Assembly: GCF_964355755.1 (NCBI RefSeq)
Contig: NC_092674.1
Span: forward strand, 19,034,001 to 19,098,000
Source: Antedon mediterranea
Taxonomy: Eukaryota; Animalia; Echinodermata
Direction of reading: 5' to 3'
Length of the DNA: 64,000 nt
Part shown: positions 55,501 to 64,000 of the stretch, one piece after another
Layout of the letters: each line of letters starts with the position of its first letter
Position numbering within the stretch: the first letter of the stretch is position 1
Notes under the pieces: generated by a model
What the model saw: only the letters and a program-made list of their open reading frames with translations
What the model was told of the DNA's origin: nothing
The model's database searches: none
Program-made: the position numbers and the translations under genes

Positions 55501-57868
55501 TTGAGGAGCAGACGAAATTTTGCGCATTGATATCACTTTCCATTTCTTACAACACTTTTTACGCATCAGGACTATATACATGAAAAATAATTTTAATCGT
55601 TAATTATTAGAACAATATCAGTATTAATTTAACAGTGAAGTATATTTGATTAACAACAAATAAAATCTTCAAAATATATTTAGGAACCATGGCGGTACGG
55701 TAACTTTTATATTTTCTAGGCCCCCAACAAAGTATGATCGCGATGAACCACGCACTTCAAAGCGTGACAAGAAAGAGCTAGGCCCCCTAAACATTCCATC
55801 GCGTGGTGAATTGCCGCATCTCCCATTGTCGCTATGGCGTGACGTAGCTCAAGTCGGACTTGCGCGAAGAAAATAATGTAATTTGTATACAGTTGTAAAT
55901 AAAGATGATTTTCATTATCATAACTTACTGTATACCAATGTATATTTAATTAAGCTAATATAAATATAGATATTTCATTCTTCAATATCTGGCCAATATA
56001 ACAACTCAATGACTGTTACGTTTTTTATAAACATCGTTTAAAAACCATTTAGTCGACCATTTAGCCTGCCCCCTCCAGGACTAAAACAATCGATCAAAAT
56101 CCGTCTCGATTTAGTCGAGGTTGGCCTGATTTAGTTGGTGATTTAGTTGAAGTTCGGTTTATGAATTAAAATGATGTCATTTTTTTAGTTTTAGCTCGAA
56201 CTACGACTAAAGTCCGGTTTAAGTTACGCTCGCGTAAGACCTAATAAAATATGTCCCACTTGTGAACATCCTGGTTCCATTTTTTCCTGGTCAATCAGCC
56301 TAAAAAGAATCATTTAATATATAGCATTTTAGTTGCAAATTTGAAACAGATAGGGTGCAGTAGCCTACTGCTACATATTCTGAGATATAGTTTAGGGAAA
56401 GGATTCTTATTGTGTTATTTTCTCCAAAATATAAAGCATTTGTATGAATAAAAGCTTTTTCAGCCTAGATGCAATTGTATTGTTTTGAGGAAGTTGCTTG
56501 AATATAAAAACTGAATGGAATTACACATGTTGGAATAGAGTATTGTTATGATGACACAGTGTATGCATTTAATACCTTTATTTCCTGGTTAGATAAATTA
56601 CACTACTAGAAAAGCACTAATCTAATTTCAGTCTGTTCAAGTACTTCCCATGAATGTTATGCTATCCTATTTATAATGTAGTGATAGCATAAGGTGACAT
56701 TACAGGACACATATTTCCATTTTGTCAAATGATGTCATCAAATTGATAATAGATCCAAAAATGTTTATTTATTGTTTCAGCAGTTTTATTTGATTTACAT
56801 GGAGAATATTTGCGAAGTTACACATTTTCGAACACGTTAAATCAGTAATTGAATGTAGGGTGATACCATTTTGCTAAATGCTCGTTTCATTTATTTATTC
56901 GACCAGCATAAAATCAATACAATATGATTATATCAGGGGCAGCCAAAGAAAAATACATCGCTATCTCAAATGAGTCAGTTACCCCTCATAAAATTTACAA
57001 CTTTCATAAAAATTGCTAGATGTAAAGTTTATGTGTGTATTCCAGGTTTTTACAGCTAATGATAAAAAATTATCTTTAATAAATAAATACGTTATGAATT
57101 AATGAATTTTTTGATAAAGTTTTTTTTGTGTCATCTCTTGCTTTCCTTTGATGTATTTTTCTAAATATTATAACACCCTCTCAGTTTGGAAATGATTTCA
57201 TAAAAAGGTATATCTGCATTATGCAATGCCAACATCGCTCTCTTCGAATTGTTCTGAGTACACTCAAAACACTTTGTATAGTCACTGGAGTAGATGTTTG
57301 AAAATCATATCCCATCAATGTAGCCAAGTATTGTAGTGTTGCTTTGAAAATACTGTATGATGTGATGAAAACGGAAGTGAAAGTAACTTTTATTATACAT
57401 TTTTTTTCTAAATTTATTAATTAAATAATAAATTAAAATAAAGAAAATTAGGAGGAAGGTCCATGACTTCTTATTTCAGTTTCTGTTTTCCATACTTACT
57501 AAAATTAGCCAATTACAACTGTCAATGTCTTAATCTACAAGTTCACTAACAAAAATAGACACATTAATATTATTAAAAGGCAAAAGTGTCAATGAGGAAG
57601 GAACATGTAATTATCAAGTCTACAGTTACATTATTTTAATATTAATACAGGATTAATATGTCAAGTTTTAGTTGTGAAGATATTGCCAGGTTACAAGTAA
57701 ATTGGCTAATTCAAATTATGTTGTTTAATCAGTGCTATTGCCTAAATTGTTTGGCTAAGAATGTGGTTGTCCTTTGAGAAATTGATTAATTACAGTAAAT
57801 GTTGAATTGAAGCAAAGTATTTTTACTACACCAACATAAACATTTTGATTACTAAAATAAAGATCATT

Positions 57869-57902
<34 letters not shown>

Positions 57903-60900
57903 CATTAAGACAAATGTCGCACAAACTCTTTTATAATTAATTAAAAAACACTTTCCAATGTGAAAGTAAAGCCTGGTTTCCATAAAATCGCTACACGACA
58001 GAGCGTAGCGATTCTATGGAAACGCTAGAATTTATCGGGGATCTAGTACGCGAGCGCTAAATATTCTTTGGTACGCTTATACGATTCATCGCCGACAAAA
58101 TCGGCAAAGTTGAACATGGTTGAACTTTGCCGATTTGACTGCGATGAATTGAGGAGCCTTCCCGATTGCGTCGGCGACATCTGCGCATGTAGCGATTTTT
58201 AATGGAAACGCTGTAGCGATTTTAATGGAAACCAGGCTTAAGCTATAGTTGTATGCCATGTGTAAAAAATGTAATTAACAAGCATAACCATAATGTACTG
58301 AACCCCCACACAGAACAAGAAATTGCGTGCAATTGCCGCAACAAACCCGAATGCCCCCTAAATGGTTCATGCCTCGCATCTGAAATTGTCTGCTAAGACA
58401 TATATCGGTATGACGGATGGGCAGTTTAAGACTAGGTTTAACAATCATAAGAAATCTTTCGAAAAAGAAACGTACAGTAAAGAATCCGAGCTCTCAAAGT
58501 ACGTATGGTCTTTGAAAAGTACCGATGTGATGTTTACAATTAAATGGAAAGTAATTAAATATTCCTCCACTAAGAACGCCGCCTATGGGCGTTGTAGTCT
58601 TTGTCTCGATGAAAAGCTGTGTATTTTAAATGCAAACAAAACAAATTTGTTAAACGAAAGGTCTGAACTGATTTCAAAATGTCGCCATAACAAGAAATAC
58701 TACCTACCACCTGACTGAAGCCTTATAACATCTCGAGATACGGTATTGTTCAGTCAATCTGAAGATCGTTTAATGTAAAACACTGTGTAATAGACATCTG
58801 TGTTCCATCTACTTTATAAATATATATATATATATATAATTTGAAACGATAAAGATGAGGAAATCTGTAAGAATGAGAAGAAGTTTCCCCAACCGAGACT
58901 CGAACTCGGACTGTCTGTATGGTATTGTTCATACCCGATTGGATAGCGACTCTTTAACATTCTCGGCATGGTACGGCGGAACAGCATTAGTCCCTCAGTT
59001 GAACGAACTCTGTATATCACCGGGCGGTTTAGAATTAATGTTATTTGCTTGATGTATATATTATATACTCTTGCACTGATGAAGGGCTAGTGTTGCCCGA
59101 AAGCTCTGCTTACTCTTCTGGCTGTTTTACTTATCGTTTTGATTTAGCTTTTCGCTTTTTTTTTTGTATCTCCATTGAGATCCAGCCACTGATACCCACA
59201 GCATTGTCATTTTTTCAGTAATTTGCCTTTAGATTTATATATATATATATATATTTTGTTGTTGAATAACTTATTTTAATTTCACATCGTTATTTGATCG
59301 AAAAAAAAATTATTTACCTGAAAAACTGCCAATGAGTTTTTGTTTTGTTTATTTTGTTATTTTATTTAAGTGATAAACATTAACATTTTGTTGGGTTTTT
59401 TTTCTTCTATGGTTCAGTGAAAACTTAACTAGAACCTGCAATAAAATTTCTCTGTAAATAAACAGGGTGGTTGCAGGACTATATTAAGGGGGTTGCACAA
59501 AGAGTTCAGGGCTGTAGACTCGGTATTTGAGCCCATGGTGGGGTCTGTGGCGAGGCGCATTTGTTAAAAGAAACCCCTAGCTAGGTGGCCAGAAATGGTA
59601 CTCTTGCATATAAAATTCATGATAAATGGCAAATCTAGTTCGCCAGAAATGTAATTCTATAGTGCGCTAGTAAACAGCAATATGATTGTAGCCTATTTTC
59701 AATACAATCGTAGCCGAATAAAACACACATAACTAACAATGATAATATTTTTTGTGTTCAATGTGAATCATTTAATGCAAATTTATCAATTAATTGTGAC
59801 GTCACACACATTTTTTAACAAAATTGTTAACTAGCTACGGGGTTGGAATGTCTGCTTTATTAATATTTCTTTGCACATTACAACATGATTGAACAGATGG
59901 GTTGAAATATCCTTAATATAACTTCAGTGTATTGCACACAGACGCAGGCCCATAACCAGGAGGTTTTTATGGTTCGGGCGAACCACACTTTACAGCAAAC
60001 CCCACTTGACCGACTGCGAACCCCCATCACAGACATGCCCAATACATCCAACTCATCTCCAGTCTGAAAATCCTCCAAATACATGCCGCACAGTACAAAA
60101 GGTTATTCGTAAATTGAATTGGATACCTCATACCTTCTTCCCTGTATGAGCGTATGTCGAGGAATACGTGTATGTACATTTCTGAAAGTTGCAAATGAAT
60201 TCAAAGTACATCACCAGACATCCGTGTACATATTGTTTAGATCACTGGCAGTCAGCATGCATAAAGAATATAGCCTTCCGGCGTACATAAAAAATTGGAA
60301 CCTACTGTATTTATGTATGGCTATGAAGTACAGTGTATCTTCATCATCATCATCATAGAGGATTATAGTGAATATCAATATATTACACTATAATATCTAT
60401 GTACTGTAGTTTACATTATAGCATCCTATTATTTTTGTCTAGGCCACCAGCCGCTATGTATTCAACTGTATCAATACCTATTTACATTGATATATTTAAT
60501 TTCATCAACAAATTGCTGTAATTAATATAGATAGAGTTATAATAAGCATTGAATTTGCTTTCTCGGGGCTTTAGGCATACCATTGCATTGAACTTGAACG
60601 CAAAACAAAATACCGAATGATTAAACAATTAGCGGTTTCGCACAGAGGACGCGCATCTAACATACTGTACGGCAACTAAAAATGTTATCGTCCTTTAAAT
60701 AGTCCATGTGTGTGAGGAGGGAAAAAATTTGACAGTTTTGCTCATTTTAGTAGCATACATGTACTACAAAGAGTGTCTTTTCCGGCTAATTAGAGATGCA
60801 TTTATCATGAACTTTTATGTGCGAGAGTACTATTTCTGGCCATCTAGGTGTGCCATTTAATCAAATTTGTTTGCCTCACGCCCAAAATAATAAGTGTCCG

Positions 60901-61493
60901 ACCCCCCTCCCCCCAGCCCCCCCAGATCATGTAATGGTTTTTCACATTACTTACTTGTGAAGTGGTGTATCCTTTCCATTTTTCATTGTTGTTGGCGGGG
61001 GTAGTTCACCTTTACAGAACGCCCCAAGATGAGTAGGTAATCCATCTGATGATTCTTTATAATGAGAAATTAAGTTCTCCAGTCCTGCAAATGGTGGTCC
61101 ACTCTCAATTTGGTAAAAGAAGTCACCGCAGCAATGAATCTGAAAATGCTGAGGTTGGCCTGATTTCACTAGAGAAAGGACGTAGTCTCCCGGAACACTA
61201 GTACTTTCCCGAACCAAAAACAAACCATCCGTGTTGCCATTTTCGAACAAAATATGGACTGCCGTTTCTCGTGATATTTTGCCATGATACCATTGCAGGT
61301 TTTTGCCGTATTCTAACGTTCGTCCATGTTCTTGTGCTAAATATTCTCTTAAAGATAGATTTCTGAGTACTTCGCTTAATGTTATGTTGTCTGTAGCCGG
61401 TTGTTGTTTTACTTCCGGGTTGTCCTGACTAAAATGACAGGCCTGAAGTCTCTGTCTACTCGTTCTGTTAAAACCACCAGCAGACGTAGTCAT
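40552..61493 (-). CDS. SHARK: SHARK/HTK16-family non-receptor tyrosine kinase (SH2 - ankyrin repeats - SH2 - Pro-rich linker - kinase), 11 coding exons, about 773 aa
   Basis: Phase-consistent GT-AG exons: 60955-61493 (SH2: [15 protein letters not shown]), 52097-52304 and 49326-49569 (ankyrins: [18 protein letters not shown]), 47989-48194 and 45809-46027 (second SH2: WFHG, FLVRTS), 44994-45123, 43651-43868 ([13 protein letters not shown]), 43355-43540 (HRDLAARN), 43015-43106 ([18 protein letters not shown]), 42477-42603 (YAPE, SDVWSFG), 40552-40704 (stop); total 2322 nt. Confidence 0.93.
40791..42281 (-). mobile_element. Helentron/HINE-like non-autonomous element (family A), apparently full length
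   Basis: Minus strand begins with the hairpin ggttatatgcatgatatgcatataacc and a (TTTA)n microsatellite. It ends with a subterminal atgcatataacc, the hairpin aattcatcatagtgacgaatt and CTAG|T. Confidence 0.7.
41136..41200 (-). other. Degenerate tRNA-like (SINE-head) sequence inside the HINE element
   Basis: Minus strand ggctcggtggtct...ccgagatcgagtctcacc resembles Pol III A and B boxes. Confidence 0.4.
45431..45826. repeat. About 200-bp tandem duplication of an exon end plus intron in SHARK
   Basis: ctgacaaaagggga...ccaaatcttttca and actatagactgttt...tatagtactatacagtaa...ttgttgggcattctga each occur twice, about 200 bp apart. Confidence 0.85.
47258..47330 (-). other. tRNA-derived (SINE-head-like) sequence
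   Basis: Minus strand tgtggcttggttgtta (A box-like) ... cctaggttcaagtcctg (B box/T-arm). Confidence 0.6.
47335..47374 (-). pseudogene. U6 snRNA 3'-terminal fragment
   Basis: Minus strand AAGGATGACACGCAAAATTGTGAAGCGTTCCATATTTTTT versus canonical U6 AAGGATGACACGCAAATTCGTGAAGCGTTCCATATTTTT (2 mismatches). The 5' two-thirds of U6 is absent. Confidence 0.85.
48687..49177. mobile_element. Tc1/mariner(pogo)-type MITE
   Basis: TA TSD, 32-bp TIR ccgtaaaacctcgaaaagaagcccatgggctt, and internal 17-bp repeats gatgggcttcttttcga. Confidence 0.85.
49746..50299. mobile_element. MITE, TA-flanked
   Basis: TIR cccctttcacaccaaaa / ttttggtgtgaaagggg with repeated actccggag/actccgggg motifs. Confidence 0.8.
51820..52083 (-). 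mobile_element. Partial HINE family A copy ending about 12 bp from a SHARK splice donor
   Basis: Family A core plus the terminal hairpin aggttatatg...catataacct. Confidence 0.6.
52380..52620 (+). mobile_element. Probable SINE central-domain remnant (Meta/Deu-SINE-like)
   Basis: gtgcactttaaagaacc...ttcggaagagtagggg resembles conserved metazoan SINE domains (recalled, not searched). Confidence 0.35.
53600..53739. mobile_element. 140-bp MITE with 8-bp TSD (Merlin-like GG termini)
   Basis: About 40-bp TIR gggtattgctaaacaccgcaaacctaaaa; GAACATTG duplicated at 53592-53599 and 53740-53747. Confidence 0.8.
53850..56592 (+). repeat. About 320-bp direct repeat pair (53850-54172 and 56277-56592)
   Basis: cattttttcctggtcaatcagcctaaaa...aatacctttatttcctggttag occurs twice. 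Confidence 0.8.
55273..56234. mobile_element. PIF/Harbinger-like non-autonomous element
   Basis: TAA on both flanks; TIR core cttaaaccggactttagtcgtagttcga / tcgaactacgactaaagtccggtttaag. Confidence 0.7.
57903..58815 (+). mobile_element. Penelope-like retroelement 3' relic (GIY-YIG endonuclease; Naiad-like), bounded by (TA)n
   Basis: Translated pieces [50 protein letters not shown] and CSLCLDEK...[14 protein letters not shown]. (TA)n tracts at about 57872 and 58820. Confidence 0.82.
57970..58238. mobile_element. Harbinger-type MITE nested in the Penelope relic
   Basis: TIR agcctggtttccat / atggaaaccaggct with a TAA TSD. Confidence 0.85.
58838..59237 (+). mobile_element. Short non-coding Penelope-derived (retrozyme-like) unit between (TA)n tracts
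   Basis: Contains a hammerhead on + and a tRNA-like A/B-box sequence on - (about 58884-58978: tgccgagaatgttaaag ... ccgagttcgagtctcgg). Confidence 0.55.
59073..59109 (+). ncRNA. Minimal type I hammerhead ribozyme
   Basis: gca-CTGATGA-a-gggc(tagtgtt)gccc-GAAA-gc-TC-tgc: intact catalytic core, 4-bp stem II, palindromic AGCT stem III and 3-bp stem I. Confidence 0.75.
59945..60930. mobile_element. Diverged copy of the 31452-32526 DNA transposon
   Basis: Colinear similarity (caggcccataaccagg, gaccgactgcgaacccccatc, gaggattatagtgaata, gcattgaacttgaacgcaaaacaaaata). The right TIR has decayed. Confidence 0.7.
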
Positions 61494-62145
61494 GTTTTGG
61501 AATCTAAACCTACGTTAACTTAGTGTCTTCTAAAAAGCACCTAAATAATAAAAGGCAGTGTAGAAAACCATAAATATGTACAGAAATAATGTTCTTCCAC
61601 TACCATCAACCACAGAGTTGTTATTATTCGGAGCTAAGCCTCCGTCTTGCTAGTTTTAGTACCACTTAACTCGCGTCGAGTTGACGGAACTTGTTTTTAT
61701 ATTATCTGAAAATAAGTTCCTACTGTATTCCTAAAATTAACCGGAATCGCGTCAATTTCGTTCGAATGGCGGCGCTATTCTAAAAATGAAGACAATGGAC
61801 AAATATTATATTTTTTACTCATGTTTGATTAAAATAATGTTTGTGCATATTTCTTACTTATTAATATTTGTTGTGGGTATAATGTGATAAATAGCATGTT
61901 TACCTGGCATAGGTGTGCATATAAACAAATTAAGATATGCAGCTGACACTGTTACTTCCAGTTTTGAAAAAGGCGGGTTTGACAAGGTTGTTGTATATTG
62001 TTACATGTGCACTCTAAAGATTGGAAATGATATTTAGGTCACTAAATTTTAAAATGTCATATTGGATTGCAAAAAGATATGCATATATGAAAATTGATAG
62101 TTCTATGCAATAGCAGTTCAATTGAAACACGACTAAGAGTATTAA

Positions 62146-62268
62146 TTTTTGGTCGCGTGTAAACGCGTACCGGTACTCTACAGCTCACTCAGTCGGGCGG
62201 TTGGTCGGTCAGTAAACACTAACTCAAATTGGCGCACGCAGATGCACCTATGTATATGGCCTTGTTTT
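62146..62268 (+). mobile_element. Miniature degenerate HINE (family B-like)
   Basis: tttttggtcgcgtg start, ggtcggtc repeat and ggccttgtttt end. Confidence 0.45.
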
Positions 62269-62790
62269 CTAACTATATTAGCATACGCTGAACCACTACA
62301 AGTACAAAAATCTCTTTTAGATAATTTGGACAAACTTATTAGAAATGTTAAAAACATGATTCATTTGAAGCTGAGTGACTTTATTTTGGATAATTAGTAG
62401 TCTGACTGAATTTGGCAGACGTACCAAGAACAAATATACAGTAGGGCCTATTCAATAACGCTAAAAATGAGTTCAGAGCAAATCATCTTTTTTGTTTTTT
62501 TTTTATCTAGAAAGTTTGCTTGTCGATACATGAATTTTAGACGAGCATTGACCTTTGCACTCGTCAGAAAACAGTCTAGTTTAATTCCAAGATATATGTA
62601 ACCGATTTTTAGCCTTAATATTTTGTCCTATACACAAAATGATGAAACCGTATCGAGAACCATTTTATCTTTCCAGTATAGGACCAGACAGCTCAGTTTT
62701 ACCCATATGCATACAAACATTACACATACTCTTGTAAGCCTACCAGGGGCTTGTATGCAATTGAAATATAAATATAAGTCATGATTGATA

Positions 62791-64000
62791 TAATAATAAT
62801 AATAATAATAACTTTATTGAACAGACGCTTTTAGAACAGCGGCACACGTTCATAGTTTAAAGAAAAAGAAAATGAAATGAATTATACAATAGTGAAAAAG
62901 TACAACACTTAACTTTTGATGGAGTATAGGCCTATATAAGTATATTTATTTATTATTATTATTATTATTATCAAAATTATTAATATCTTATTGTTTAAAG
63001 AAATTTTATTAGTCTATTATGGATATTATTAAATTTATAATCTTTTATATTATTTATTATTATTTTATTATTTATGTTCTTGTTAATACTGTATTATTAT
63101 TATGAAAGTAAATCGTGGTTTGTAATTTATTTACAGTGGTACTATTTTTATTATTATTTATGTTTGTATTTTATTAACATTTTAAACTTAGAACAATCAT
63201 GATTTATGTTTTGAGAGTTATAATGAATATAAATGTTTAAGAAGAAACCTCCATGTAACAGTTAAGTGTTGTTTACAGTGATAAAATAATTAATAATATG
63301 AAAGGCCTAAAATAAACCAAACTTAGCATTTGTAAAAAAAAATTAACAAATTAAAGTATGAAAATAAACTTTAAATCAATGAATACAGTAAACACAAATA
63401 GTAATTTAAAAGATTTACAGAGATGTACACCAGTCTTTCTCTGCAACATTAAATACAATATATAGTGAAAATTAATAAACAAAATTATAAAGCAACAATG
63501 CAAATTAGCTCTTTTTTAACTCGGATCTTTTTTTCCAGGCAACTTTAAGAAAATTCTTACAGTATTTGTCAAATGTAGTTTTTCATTAACATCAGCATTT
63601 ATAAAATGTTCCCATGTTGCAGACTCATCCAAATTTTCAAGGTCATTATTTAGCTTCACTAGTTAGATCTCCCTTATAGCATTAAAAGCTTGGCAATTAA
63701 ATAAAAAATGCTGTACATTTTCTATTTCACCACTCTGACATATAGTGCAGTGGCCAGATATTTCTTTAAACCATTTACAGGTTCGTCCATCTAGAGGTAA
63801 AGTGTTGGATCTTAATTTAAATTTTAAGCTTGCACCTGTGAAATTGGTTTTATCAAGAAGATAACTCTCAAGGCTAGGACTTTCTTTTAGTTTGGAGTAA
63901 TCTTCAAGGGATTTTTGCTTTTTATATTCACTTTTTTTTCTCTTATAAATTTATCAACCCATTTCCTTTACATTTTTTCATTCACTTTTGTTTGCCTCTT
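62791..64000 (-). mobile_element. LINE 3' end (RTE-X-like), continuing beyond the window
   Basis: Minus-strand translation LESYLLDKTNFTGASLKFKLRSNTLPLDGR...CTICQSGEIENVQHFLFNC (CCHC), followed by a long AT-rich 3' UTR, AATAAA and an (ATT)n tail. Confidence 0.65.

Noticed and set aside
58745-58800. Second hammerhead after the Penelope ORF (ctgaaga...taaaacactgtgta)
   Set aside because: The essential GAAA is mutated to AAAA and stem II is decayed; at most a dead relic.
57903-58815. Selenocysteine-recoded Naiad element
   Set aside because: The fragment is truncated and frameshifted, and I could not identify a conserved in-frame TGA or a SECIS.
60951-61493. Stand-alone 180-aa SH2 protein
   Set aside because: The stop codon lies within a GTAAGT donor, and the exon splices in phase to 52304.

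Overview
AT-rich, intron-rich animal genomic DNA, probably a marine invertebrate (inference). I reconstructed two minus-strand genes by hand from GT-AG splice sites. The first is a cytosolic ALDH1A-like aldehyde/retinal dehydrogenase (13 coding exons, 1201-13857, 489 aa). The second is a SHARK/HTK16-type SH2-ankyrin-SH2 tyrosine kinase (11 coding exons, 40552-61493, about 773 aa). The most striking structure is a 16.4-kb non-coding foldback element (14013-30456) that starts 155 bp upstream of the ALDH start codon. It has about 136-bp near-perfect outer TIRs, and inside them two oppositely oriented arrays of a 182-bp satellite (about 48 + 31 monomers) that meet with no spacer. One arm carries a Tx1/L1 3' fragment duplicated as part of a 2.0-kb block. 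Introns and intergenic DNA hold many non-autonomous TEs (Helentron/HINE-like, MITEs, LINE relics), a Penelope GIY-YIG relic next to a minimal hammerhead ribozyme, a U6-fragment/tRNA-like chimera, and a candidate newly born 12-nt micro-exon. Coordinates were counted by eye, and TE family names come from motif recognition rather than database searches.
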